A DNA stretch of 64,000 nt from NCBI GenBank assembly GCA_963719225.1, contig CAVRAY010000002.1:352001-416000 (forward strand), read 5' to 3'. A model generated the notes under the pieces. That model saw nothing but the letters and a program-made list of their open reading frames with translations. It searched no databases and was not told the DNA's origin. The position numbers and the translations under genes are program-made. This document shows positions 20,465 to 29,550 of the stretch, piece after piece. The DNA is from Thermoanaerobaculia bacterium (GTDB lineage: Bacteria; Acidobacteriota; Thermoanaerobaculia; UBA5066). Every line of letters starts with the position of its first letter. Positions within the stretch are counted from its first letter, which is position 1.

Positions 20465-21475
20465 CTATGCCGCGGGGTGCGCTTCGGGCTCGGGGGCGTC
20501 CGGGGTCCCGGAGGGGGCAGGCACGTGCCAGTCCGAGTGCGGCGCGCGGTTCTCGATGATCCAGCCCTTGAGGAGATCGCGATACGTGCGCGCCGGAATG
20601 CCTTCCTCCCTGAAAAAAGGCTCGAGCGCGTCGCTCAGGCCGGGCAGGCGGTAGAAGGGCACCGCGGGGAAGTAATGGTGCTCGAGGTGCAGGTGCGACC
20701 AGAGATAGACGAACTCCCAGAACGGCGAGCGCGCCATCCGGGTACCCCATTTCGCGGGCTCCTGGGGCACGATGTCGTAGTGCTGCCCGAGCCGGTTGAG
20801 CGCGAACGCGGGCGGGAAGACGAAGAACACCGGCACGGCATAGAGCCACAGGAGGCGCGAGGGCCCGCCGAAAAAGCCGATCGCCGAGGCGGCCAGGAGG
20901 TGCAGGCCGACGGCCGCGAGGCGCTCGCCGCGAATCCGCCGCCGGAGCGTTTCGGGATACGTGGCGGTCTCCTTTCCGGCGGCCCTGAAATAGATCGGGA
21001 AGAGCGCCGGGGTCGCGTAGAGAATCTTGAGCCACCGCGCGTTTTTCTTCGGCGAGAGGTGTGCGCGCTTCGGGTCCTCCGTCGTCGAGCCGAGCTCGGC
21101 GTGGTGGTCGAGGTGCCAGCGCGTGAACTGCGCGGGGGAGATGCCGGAGGGAAGGGCATAGGCGAGGCCGAGGAGGCGATAGGCGCGCGGCCGGTCGCCG
21201 TCGAAGACGGCCTTGTGGACGACCTCGTGAAGGAGGACGGTTCCGTCGAAGATGACGAAGCCGAGGACGAGCGCGCACGGCACGCGCACGAAGAGGCTCT
21301 CGAAGTGCCAGGAGAGCGCGAACGCGGCGGCGAAGAAGGCGAGCTGGCGGAAGGCGACCGCGAAGTGCCGCGCGGGGCTCTTCTGATGGAGCGTCTTCAG
21401 GACGTCGTGAGACACGGCGGCCGTGAGCCGTTTCCGAAGGTCCCCGATCGCGTGGTGGAAGTACCCGGACTTCAT
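20465..21475 (-). CDS. Membrane fatty-acid-desaturase-family di-iron enzyme
   Basis: His boxes HEVVH, HLDHH and HLEHH, with hydrophobic segments. Confidence 0.88.
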   Translation of the reverse strand: MKSGYFHHAIGDLRKRLTAAVSHDVLKTLHQKSPARHFAVAFRQLAFFAAAFALSWHFESLFVRVPCALVLGFVIFDGTVLLHEVVHKAVFDGDRPRAYRLLGLAYALPSGISPAQFTRWHLDHHAELGSTTEDPKRAHLSPKKNARWLKILYATPALFPIYFRAAGKETATYPETLRRRIRGERLAAVGLHLLAASAIGFFGGPSRLLWLYAVPVFFVFPPAFALNRLGQHYDIVPQEPAKWGTRMARSPFWEFVYLWSHLHLEHHYFPAVPFYRLPGLSDALEPFFREEGIPARTYRDLLKGWIIENRAPHSDWHVPAPSGTPDAPEPEAHPAA

Positions 21476-21509
21476 CCCGGGAAGAGATTACGCCGGATTC
21501 ACCCGCCGG

Positions 21510-21538
21510 TTGCAGCAGTGTGTATTGGTGTGTATGCT
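21510..21538 (+). promoter_or_regulatory. Sigma70-type promoter of hicAB with tandem GTGTGTAT operator-like repeats
   Basis: TTGCAG (21510-15), 17-nt spacer, TATGCT (21533-38). GTGTGTAT occurs at 21518 and 21528. Confidence 0.65.
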
Positions 21539-21546
21539 CGGCCCTC

Positions 21547-21735
21547 GTGGACAGCCGCGTCGTCATCAGGAAGATCGAGGCGGCCGGTTGGAAGCATGTG
21601 AGGACGAGCGGGAGTCACTGGCATTTCAAACAGCCTTCCCGGCCCGGCATCGTGACCGTGCCGCATCCAAAAAGGGATCTACCGAAAGGCACGCTCAGGA
21701 GCATCGGGAAACAGAGCGGCGTCGATCTGAGCTGA
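21547..21735 (+). CDS. hicA: HicA-family toxin (mRNA interferase)
   Basis: 62 aa: IEAAGW..VRTSGSHWHFK...VTVPHPKRDLPKGTLRSI. Confidence 0.92.
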   Translation: MDSRVVIRKIEAAGWKHVRTSGSHWHFKQPSRPGIVTVPHPKRDLPKGTLRSIGKQSGVDLS

Positions 21736-21744
21736 GAGGCGAAC

Positions 21745-22245
21745 ATGGCAGCGTATGTGGCACTCATCCGTAAGGAGCCGCGCAGCGACTACGGCGTGGA
21801 CTTTCCCGACTTTCCCGGATGCGTCAGCGCCGGTCGGACGCTCGACGAGGCCGTCGCGATGGCGCACGAGGCTCTCGCGGGGCACGTGGCCATGATGGTC
21901 GAGGAGGGCGAAAAGCTCCCGGCGCCGTCCCGCCTCGAGACGATCCTGAGAGATCCGCACAACAAGGGCGCGGTGCCGTTCCTCGTCTCCGTCCCCAACG
22001 GTGCGTCGAAGGCCGTTCGCGTGAACGTCACGATCCCGGGAGCCATTCTGGAGGCGATCGATGCGCGGGCCGAGGCACTCGGCGAAACGCGCTCAGGGCT
22101 CTTGACTCACGCAGCGATGTCTTTACTCAGGACGGCCGGCCCGAGGGCCAACGAGCGGACGGTCGACGTGGAGACCGCACTGAAAGCATCTCTCGAAGCT
22201 CGCGGGGGGCGGCGAAAGGAACGAAAGCTCCGGCGCGCTTCGTAG
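21745..22245 (+). CDS. hicB: HicB-family antitoxin with RHH domain and extra basic C-terminal tail
   Basis: GAGG RBS. YGVDFPDFPGCVSAGRTLDEA and the RHH-type VRVNVTIP...IDARA...TRSGLL. Confidence 0.92.
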   Translation: MAAYVALIRKEPRSDYGVDFPDFPGCVSAGRTLDEAVAMAHEALAGHVAMMVEEGEKLPAPSRLETILRDPHNKGAVPFLVSVPNGASKAVRVNVTIPGAILEAIDARAEALGETRSGLLTHAAMSLLRTAGPRANERTVDVETALKASLEARGGRRKERKLRRAS

Positions 22246-22281
22246 GCCATCCCCGACACTTATTTCTCTTCGTTCCGAGCT

Positions 22282-23262
22282 TCAGGGCGCAGAGAGAGAC
22301 GTGGGAGGCGCCTCCGCGGGCGGAGCGTCGGCGTCGCCCCCGACCTCCTCCGCGACGAGATACAGAGGCCGACCCTTCACCTCGTCGTAGATCCGGCCGA
22401 GGTACTCCCCGAGGACGCCGATGACCGTGAGCTGGACTCCGCCGAGGAGGAGGACGAAGACCATGAGCGTCGTCCATCCAGGCACGTTGATCTTGAGGAT
22501 CCAGAGCGCGAGGACGACGAGGATGTAGAGGAACGCGAACGCCGACACGAGGAACCCGAGCCACGTCGCGAGCTGGAGCGGCACGTGGCTGAAGGACGTG
22601 AGCCCGTCGAGCGCGAAGCGCAGCATCTTGCGCAGCGGGAACTTCGTCTCACCGCGCGTGCGCGCGGGCCGCACGTACGGAACGCCCACCTGGCGGAAGC
22701 CGACCCACGCCGTCATGCCGCGGATGAAGCGGTGCCGCTCGCGCAGGCGCCGGAACGCCGCGACGGCGCGCGGCCCCATGAGCCGGAAATCCCCGACGTC
22801 CACCGGGATCTCCACGTTCGTCCAGCGCTCGAGGAGCCGGTAGAAGAGGTGGGCCGTCCAGAGCTTGAACGCGCTCTCGCCCTCACGCTTCGTCCGCTGC
22901 GCGTACACGACCTCGTAGCCTTCGTCGATCTTCAGCAGCATCTCGGAGAGGAGCTCCGGCGGGTCCTGGAGGTCCGCATCCATGACGGCCACGATCCGGC
23001 CGCGGGCCGCGTCGACGCCCGCGGTGAGCGCCATCTGGTGGCCGAAGTTGCGCGAGAAGCGCAAGGCGCGGAGGCGCGGGTCCCTCCGGGCGAACGCCGC
23101 CATCTTCTCGAAAGACGCGTCCACGCTGCCGTCGTCCACGTACACGACCTCCCAGGTTCGGCCCGTCGCGTCGAGGGCGCGCGTGAGGCGTTCGTTCAGC
23201 TCGTCGAGGTTGTCGGCCTCGTTGAAGACGGGCAGTGCGACGGAGATCTCGGGCCTGGTCAC
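22282..23262 (-). CDS. GT2 polyprenyl-phosphate glycosyltransferase (GtrB/ArnC-like)
   Basis: ISVALPVFNE, VDDGSVD, SRNFGHQ and MDADLQDPP, with two C-terminal TM helices and GEYLGRIY.EVK.RP. GTGA overlap. Confidence 0.93.
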   Translation of the reverse strand: MTRPEISVALPVFNEADNLDELNERLTRALDATGRTWEVVYVDDGSVDASFEKMAAFARRDPRLRALRFSRNFGHQMALTAGVDAARGRIVAVMDADLQDPPELLSEMLLKIDEGYEVVYAQRTKREGESAFKLWTAHLFYRLLERWTNVEIPVDVGDFRLMGPRAVAAFRRLRERHRFIRGMTAWVGFRQVGVPYVRPARTRGETKFPLRKMLRFALDGLTSFSHVPLQLATWLGFLVSAFAFLYILVVLALWILKINVPGWTTLMVFVLLLGGVQLTVIGVLGEYLGRIYDEVKGRPLYLVAEEVGGDADAPPAEAPPTSLSAP

Positions 23263-24974
23263 GTTGTGCCCCCGGGCGGAGCCGCTGCCGGCACGGGGGC
23301 CGGCGGCGGGGAAGGCGGAGGTACCGCCTCGGTCCGGCGGAAGACGGTTACCCATACCGCCCCGATCGGGTTGTTGCCGTCGGCCCGTTCCCAGGTCTCG
23401 AGGGTGAAGACGTAGAGAAGGAGCTGGCTGAGGTTCGGCCGGAGCGGCAAGAGGGAGGTGTCGGGAATCCACCAGGCCCGGAACGGCACGCGGTCGCGCT
23501 TGTAGGCAGGCCCGAGGACGGCGGCTTGCTTGTCGGCGTCGGTCTCGTCGCACAGGACGATCGGCGGGTGGAGCTCTCCCGTGGGCGCCTGCCAGTTCAC
23601 GGGCGCGTTGCGCACGTACCAGCTCATCGGCCAGCCCGCCTCGCCCGAGATGATGGCGGCCGGCGTCTCGCCGCGCTTTGCCGACGCGAGGATCTCGTCC
23701 ACGAGGCCCAGCATCTCGGGACAAGTCTGAACCTGGATCGTGGATTCGGCCTTCCGCGAATTCGGCGTGAGGACGGGGTAGACGAAGGAGAACGTCACCG
23801 CACAGAGAAGCGACGCGGCCGCCACGGCCGCGCCGGCGAACCGCCAGCGCGCGCTCTTCTCGGCGAGGAGCGCCCACGCGGCGCCGGCGAGCGGGATGAA
23901 CGGAAGCACCTGATGGACGATGAGCCAGCCCGCCTTCTCGCCGAGCCAGGCGTACATCACGATCGACGAGAGGCCCCATCCCGCGAGGAACCGCTCGGCC
24001 GCCGTGAAGCGCGACCAGCGCGTGGCGATGAGAAACAGCGCCGGCAGGATGATCGCGAACTCGTATTGCACGAGGCGCGGCAGGTAGAACGTCCTCGGGC
24101 CGCCGACGCGTTCCATCTTGTGCTGTCCCCACCAGTAGGAGATCGCCTCGAAAACCGGATTGCCCGACTCGGGATGGACGAGGAAGACCGTGTAGAGGAC
24201 TTCGGACACGCAGAAGAAGAGGAGGAGGGCCCCGAGGAGAGGCACGGCGTGCGCTTCGAGGAAGTCGATGAGGCGGCGCAGCCGGTTGAAGACGTCGGGG
24301 CCGCGCTCCGGCTCCATCCAGGCGGCCGCCACGGACGGCACCATGAGCGCGAGGAGGACGTAGAAGTTCTCCTTCGAGGCGAACGCGACGGACGCCCACA
24401 GAGCCGCGATCGAGAGGTCGCGGAGGCGTCCCTTCTGCAGATACTGGTCCAGCCACAGGAAGAGGCCCGCCGTCCCGAGGAGGCTCCAGACGTCGTCGCG
24501 GCAAAAGCGGGTGTAGTAGAGGAGGTTCGGCGAGAAGGCCGCGAGCGCGCCGGCGGCGAACGCCGTCGCTCGGCCGAAGCGGCTCCTCAGGAGAAGCGCC
24601 ATCGCCGAGAGGGCGATGCCGGCGAGGGCGGCCGGAAGGCGCCCCGTGAAGTCGGACGTCCCGTCCCACCCCTTCGCGGCCGGGATGCCGAAGAGAACGC
24701 CCGCGACGTTTCCGACGACGGAAGCGGCCTTGAACGCGATCGCGACGGCGTAGTACTGGACGGGCCCGTGGTAGACGGGGTCGTACTTGTACGTCCCGTC
24801 CCTGAGGAGGTGGATCGCAGCCCAGGCATGGATGGACTCGTCGTGGTGGTAGGCGTGGCTCCCGAGCTGAACGAGATGGAGGAAGGCCGAGAGCGCGAGG
24901 AGCGCGATCCAGGCCTTTTTTTCGAAAGCCGAGAAGGACGTCTCGGAAAGCGACGGAGGCGAGGCGGCGCTCAT
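23259..24974 (-). CDS. TIGR03663/Agl23-like flippase-associated GT-C membrane protein
   Basis: YHHDESIHAW, YKYDPVYHGP, YYTRFCRDD, ASKEN, YWWGQH, GEKAGWL and WPMSWYVR. ATGA overlap. Confidence 0.82.
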   Translation of the reverse strand: MSAASPPSLSETSFSAFEKKAWIALLALSAFLHLVQLGSHAYHHDESIHAWAAIHLLRDGTYKYDPVYHGPVQYYAVAIAFKAASVVGNVAGVLFGIPAAKGWDGTSDFTGRLPAALAGIALSAMALLLRSRFGRATAFAAGALAAFSPNLLYYTRFCRDDVWSLLGTAGLFLWLDQYLQKGRLRDLSIAALWASVAFASKENFYVLLALMVPSVAAAWMEPERGPDVFNRLRRLIDFLEAHAVPLLGALLLFFCVSEVLYTVFLVHPESGNPVFEAISYWWGQHKMERVGGPRTFYLPRLVQYEFAIILPALFLIATRWSRFTAAERFLAGWGLSSIVMYAWLGEKAGWLIVHQVLPFIPLAGAAWALLAEKSARWRFAGAAVAAASLLCAVTFSFVYPVLTPNSRKAESTIQVQTCPEMLGLVDEILASAKRGETPAAIISGEAGWPMSWYVRNAPVNWQAPTGELHPPIVLCDETDADKQAAVLGPAYKRDRVPFRAWWIPDTSLLPLRPNLSQLLLYVFTLETWERADGNNPIGAVWVTVFRRTEAVPPPSPPPAPVPAAAPPGGTT

Positions 24975-27073
24975 TTCAAGATCTCGTAAATCGCGGAGTC
25001 GCCGCTCGCGAAAACGCGCCGGAAGTTCGCGCGCATCGGGAACGCGTTCGGGCCGAAGTCGCGCTTCTCGAGCGCGCCGATGAAGACGTAGCGGACGTCG
25101 TACTCGTGCAGGAGCTTGAAGACCCGTCCGGATTCCTCGGAGGTGTAGATCAGCTTCAGATCGCTCTTGCGGGCCGAGGTTTCGGCGACCGAGCCGGGCC
25201 CGCGCCAGAGGCCCTCGTGATTCTCCCATCCGAGGACGGTCGGAAGTCCCGAGGCGGCGCCGATGCGCCCGTAGTCGCTGTACGCGTTGCCGGTCGCTTC
25301 TGCGAGCACGGCGCCCTCCACGGCGTGCGCGCGCAGCCAGAGGACGCCCTCGCGGTCTGCCGGAGCTTCCCGGGCCATCCAGCGCAGGCCGTCGAGGCCG
25401 TCCAGCGGTCCCCTCCAGGTGGCGCGGGTCACGATCGCCGAGAGCGGATGCGCGAGAGCGGCGGCAAGCGCCGCGAGAACGGCGACGCGGATGAAGACGC
25501 GCGCGTGACGTGACGCGAGCGCGAGCGGGAGGAGAAGCGCGCCGCCCAGGGCGAGGAGCGGCCAGGCCCCCATGAAACACTTGAAGACCGTGTTCATGCG
25601 CCGCAAGGACTCCCCGTAGGAATCGGAGACGAGGACGACGTCGGGCACGGCCGCGAGGACCGCGCCCGCCGCCGCCAGGAGGAGGCCGGCCCTCAGCGCT
25701 CCGGCGGGCCGCTCCGCTTCCGCCGGCGCCCTCTCACGAAGGAGGAGCCAGGCGACACCGGCCGCGAACCCGGCCGCCAGCGACAGGACGGGCTTCTTCG
25801 TGAAGACGACGAGCGCGAGAGCGAGCGCGGGAAACGCGCACGCCGCGACGAGCGCCCGGTCGGCGCGCGTCTGGCTTCGCACGAGAGCGATCCCCAGAGC
25901 GAGCGCCGGAATCACGGCGAGGCCGCCGAAGTGGAGAAAGGCGTCGGCGGCTCCCGTTCCCTCCTTCCACCACGAAAGGCCGCCGAAGGCGGGACGCGGG
26001 GAGAGCGCGAACGGCAGGAGGAAGAGTCCCGCGGGAATGAGCGTGGCGAGACTCCGGATCAATGCGGGCTTGAAATCGCGCTCGGCGAGGTTTCCGGCGC
26101 CCAGGATGAGGAGGCAGGCGGGAAGGTCCCAGGGGTTCGCCGAGACGACGGCCGCGAGGAGGAGGCCGTCGAGCACCGTTCCCGAGACGCGCGCGATCCG
26201 GCCCGATAGGCCGAGGAGCGCCACGAGAAACGGGAACGTGACGGCGTGGGGATGGAGGTCCCCGAGCCGGAACGTGAAGAGCGGCCACTCGGTGATCGTG
26301 CGGGGGTTGACGGAGTCCCAGTCGACGCGCCGCGAAGATATCCACCAATCGAGCTCGGCGAAAGGCTTTCCCGAAAGGACCTGCCGGGCCCCGTCGAAGG
26401 TCCCGCCGAGCACCATGAGCAGACCGCCGAAGGCCGCGAGGAGGGTGCCCCCGCGCCGCGCGCGGATCGCGCCAAAAGCCGCGAGCGCCGCGAGGGCCGG
26501 CAGGAGCGCGGCGACGACGTTGTAGGCGTACTCCGACGGCACGCGGGCCACGCGCGCGGGGAGCGCGAAGAGGTACGTCCCGAAGTGATAGTAGGGAAAA
26601 CGCTGACCGGAGAGCCATGGGTCGGCGAAGGGCAGCCGCGGAGTCCTCATGAGGCCCGACAGGACAGCGAAGTCCATGGGCTTCTCGGTCTGGCGGATCT
26701 CGGCGATCGGCGAGCGGATCCACATGAAGAAGAGGAAGACTCCGAAAAAAAGAGCGAGGGGTACGAGGCGCGCCCAGCTCCGTGGCACGACGCCGGGAAG
26801 GTCGGCGAGGCCCCAGAGAAGGCCGCCGATGAGGGCCAAAAGCGCGAGCGGGAGCGCCAGCCGGGCGATCGGGACGTAGAAGAACGACGCCAGCAGCCAG
26901 CCGGGCGTGGCCGCGAGAACGAGACCTACGGGAAGTGCGAAGGAGAGGGCGGCATCCGCGCGGGAATCCGGGTCGGCCTCGTCACCGCGGAAGAGACGGG
27001 CGAGCACGGCGGCGCCCGACGCACCCGCCAGGAGGAGGACGAAGGCGAAGAGAAGCGCCGTCGGCACCGTCAC
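24971..27073 (-). CDS. DUF2298 (Chlor_Arch_YYY-type) membrane protein
   Basis: EKPMDF, DPWLSG..PYYHFG, ITEWP.FTF.LGDLHPH, RMNTVFK, LDG..W and GLPTVLGW.NHE.LWRG. Confidence 0.85.
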   Translation of the reverse strand: MTVPTALLFAFVLLLAGASGAAVLARLFRGDEADPDSRADAALSFALPVGLVLAATPGWLLASFFYVPIARLALPLALLALIGGLLWGLADLPGVVPRSWARLVPLALFFGVFLFFMWIRSPIAEIRQTEKPMDFAVLSGLMRTPRLPFADPWLSGQRFPYYHFGTYLFALPARVARVPSEYAYNVVAALLPALAALAAFGAIRARRGGTLLAAFGGLLMVLGGTFDGARQVLSGKPFAELDWWISSRRVDWDSVNPRTITEWPLFTFRLGDLHPHAVTFPFLVALLGLSGRIARVSGTVLDGLLLAAVVSANPWDLPACLLILGAGNLAERDFKPALIRSLATLIPAGLFLLPFALSPRPAFGGLSWWKEGTGAADAFLHFGGLAVIPALALGIALVRSQTRADRALVAACAFPALALALVVFTKKPVLSLAAGFAAGVAWLLLRERAPAEAERPAGALRAGLLLAAAGAVLAAVPDVVLVSDSYGESLRRMNTVFKCFMGAWPLLALGGALLLPLALASRHARVFIRVAVLAALAAALAHPLSAIVTRATWRGPLDGLDGLRWMAREAPADREGVLWLRAHAVEGAVLAEATGNAYSDYGRIGAASGLPTVLGWENHEGLWRGPGSVAETSARKSDLKLIYTSEESGRVFKLLHEYDVRYVFIGALEKRDFGPNAFPMRANFRRVFASGDSAIYEILK

Positions 27074-27129
27074 GGAACGGTTTCAAGGTAGCACAACGCC
27101 CGTCCGCGCCCCGGCTTACACTGGACTCG

Positions 27130-28446
27130 ATGGTGGCCGATTCGCCCCGGGTGGCCGTGATCGGCGGCGGCCTCGCCGGCCTCGTCGCGGCGGATCGCCT
27201 GCTCGGGGCCGGCGTGGCCGTCACGGTCTTCGAGAAATATCCCGAGGCCGGCGGCCTCGTGGGCATCGTGACCGTGGGCGGAACGCCTCTCGAAAGGTAC
27301 TACCACCACCTCTTCACGAGCGACGTCGACTACGTCTCGTTCGCAAAGGAGTTCGGCCTCGACCAGGATCTCCTCTGGCTGAAATCGCGCATGGGCTTCC
27401 TCTCGGGAGGGAAGCTCTACGACTTCGGGACGCCGGCGTCGCTCCTGAAGTTCAGGCCGCTCGGAGTGGTCGGAAGGCTCCAGTTCGTCCTCTCGACGCT
27501 GAAGCTTCGTCAGAGCTCCGACTGGAAGCGGCTCGAGGGCGAGACGGCGATGGGCTGGATGCGGAAGAACGGCTATGGCCGCGCGCTCGACGTCGTGTGG
27601 GGACCGCTCCTCCGCCAGAAGTACGGCCGCCGCGCGGAGGACGTCGGGCTGGTGTGGCTCTGGGGAAAGATCTTCCTGCGCACGCGCTCGCGCGACGAGA
27701 GTGGTCTCGGCGAGCGCCTCGGCTATCTGAAGGGCTCCTTCGGACGCGGCGTCGCGGCCGTCCTCCAGCGCGTGAGGGAGCGCGGCGGCGACGTGCGCAC
27801 GTCGCGTCCGGTCCGGATCGTGAAGCGCTCGGCCGGGGGCTTCGACGTGACGTTCGCGGGCGGCACGGAGTCGTTCGACCTCGTCCTTTCGACCGTCGCG
27901 ATCCCCGAGCTCCTGAGGCTCGCGCCGGAGCTGCCCGAGGAGACCCGCAAGCGGTGGAACGCGATCTCGTACTGCCACGCCCTGTGCCCGATCCTCGAGC
28001 TCGACCGTTCCCTCTCGCCTTACTACTGGCTCAACGTGGGGGACGAGGCAATGCCGTTCGGCGGCGTCATCGAGCACACGAACTTCCTGTCACCTTCGGA
28101 CTACGGCGGACGGCACGTCGTGTACCTCTCCAACTACGTCCTGCCGGACGACCCGAAGTGGAAGAAGCGCGACGAGGAGCTGTGGGCCGAATACCTCCCC
28201 GCGCTGAGGGTCGTGAATCCCGCGTTCGACGAGAGCTGGATCCTCGCGAAGCAGATCGGGCGCGCCGAATACGCGCAGCCCATCATCGTGCCGAATTACT
28301 CGAAGCTCCTTCCGCCGCTCGAGACGCCCATCCCCGGCCTCTGGTCCGCGTGCATGGCGCAGACCTACCCGGAGGACCGCGGCCAGAATTACGCGATCCG
28401 CATCGGGCGCGAGGCGGCGGATGCGATCCTGAAGACGTTCCGCTGA
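27130..28446 (+). CDS. FAD-dependent oxidoreductase (amine-oxidase/protoporphyrinogen-oxidase-like family)
   Basis: VAVIGGGLAGL, EKYPEAGGL, LERYYHH, IEHTN, YAQP and YPEDRG.NY. Confidence 0.85.
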   Translation: MVADSPRVAVIGGGLAGLVAADRLLGAGVAVTVFEKYPEAGGLVGIVTVGGTPLERYYHHLFTSDVDYVSFAKEFGLDQDLLWLKSRMGFLSGGKLYDFGTPASLLKFRPLGVVGRLQFVLSTLKLRQSSDWKRLEGETAMGWMRKNGYGRALDVVWGPLLRQKYGRRAEDVGLVWLWGKIFLRTRSRDESGLGERLGYLKGSFGRGVAAVLQRVRERGGDVRTSRPVRIVKRSAGGFDVTFAGGTESFDLVLSTVAIPELLRLAPELPEETRKRWNAISYCHALCPILELDRSLSPYYWLNVGDEAMPFGGVIEHTNFLSPSDYGGRHVVYLSNYVLPDDPKWKKRDEELWAEYLPALRVVNPAFDESWILAKQIGRAEYAQPIIVPNYSKLLPPLETPIPGLWSACMAQTYPEDRGQNYAIRIGREAADAILKTFR

Positions 28447-28449
28447 GCT

Positions 28450-29547
28450 TCACTCCTCGGTGAGGAGAGGAAGCTGCGGATCGGGAGGCGCCGCGGCGAG
28501 CACCTCGTCGGCCGTCATGAGGCCGTGGACGCCGACGCCGAGAAGCCGCACGGGGCGCGCCGCGGCCTCGGTGCGGTCCAGCAGGGCGGCGGCCCGCGCC
28601 GCGAGCTCGTCGGCGTCGCGCGTCGGCCGGCGCGTCTCGCTCCTCGTGACGGTCGTGAAGTCCCCGTAGCGCACCTTGAGGACGACCGTCCGCGCATAGA
28701 GGCCCCGCTTCGCGAGCCACACGGCGTCGTGGCGCGCCATGGCCTCGACTTCCTCCTTCATCACCTCGATTTCCGTGAGGTCCTCGGCGTACGTGTCTTC
28801 CGTGCTGCAGGACTTCGCCTTCTGGTCGGGCACGACACGGCGGTCGTCGTCTCCGTACGCGAGGCGGACGAGGGAGTCCGCCCAGCTTCCCACGGCGCGT
28901 TTGAGCGCATCCACGGGCACGCGCCTGACGTCGACGAGTCGCGCGCAACCGAGCGCGAGGAGCTTTTCCGCCGTCTTCGGCCCGACTCCCCAGAGCGCCT
29001 CGACCGGCAGCTTTTCGAGGAAGCGCTCGACGCGCTCCGGCGCGATCACCGTGAGCCCGTCGGGCTTCTTCCAGCCGGAGGCGATCTTCGCGAGGAACTT
29101 GTTCGGCGCGACGCCGGCCGAAACGGTGAGAGACGTCGCGTCGTAGACGCTCGCCTTGAGGCGCCGCGCCACGTTCACGCCGAGCGGCTCGTCCCAGGCG
29201 TTCTCGGTCACGTCGAGGTACGCCTCGTCGAGAGAGAGCGGCTCGACGAGCGGCGTGACGGCCCGGTAGAGGTCGAAGATCTGCCGCGAGACGGCGGAGT
29301 AGCGCCGGAAGTCGGGACGCACGATGGCGAGCGCCGGGCAGAGGCGGACGGCCCGCGCCATCGGCATGGCCGAGCGGACGCCGAACGTGCGGGCTTCGTA
29401 GCTCGCGGCGGCGACGACCCCGCGCCCTTTCGGGTCGCCGCCCACGGCGACCGGCCTGCCGCGCAGGGAAGGATCGTCGCGCTGCTCGACGGACGCGTAG
29501 AACGCGTCCATGTCGAGGTGGAGGATGCGGCGCGCAGGCGAAGGCAC
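28450..29547 (-). CDS. dinB: DNA polymerase IV
   Basis: ILHLDMDAFYASVEQRD, ASYEAR.FGVRSAM, SLDEAYLD, AKIAS..KKPDG and VRLLGV. Confidence 0.96.
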   Translation of the reverse strand: MPSPARRILHLDMDAFYASVEQRDDPSLRGRPVAVGGDPKGRGVVAAASYEARTFGVRSAMPMARAVRLCPALAIVRPDFRRYSAVSRQIFDLYRAVTPLVEPLSLDEAYLDVTENAWDEPLGVNVARRLKASVYDATSLTVSAGVAPNKFLAKIASGWKKPDGLTVIAPERVERFLEKLPVEALWGVGPKTAEKLLALGCARLVDVRRVPVDALKRAVGSWADSLVRLAYGDDDRRVVPDQKAKSCSTEDTYAEDLTEIEVMKEEVEAMARHDAVWLAKRGLYARTVVLKVRYGDFTTVTRSETRRPTRDADELAARAAALLDRTEAAARPVRLLGVGVHGLMTADEVLAAAPPDPQLPLLTEE

Positions 29548-29550
29548 GTG

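Noticed and set aside
16673-21601. 1642-aa plus-strand ORF
   Set aside because: Antisense shadow of the hydrolase, E1 and desaturase genes. It has no recognisable motifs, and long stop-free shadows are expected at this GC content.
21476-22281. hicAB as part of a mobile element
   Set aside because: No transposase, integrase, terminal inverted repeats or target-site duplication was recognised around the pair.
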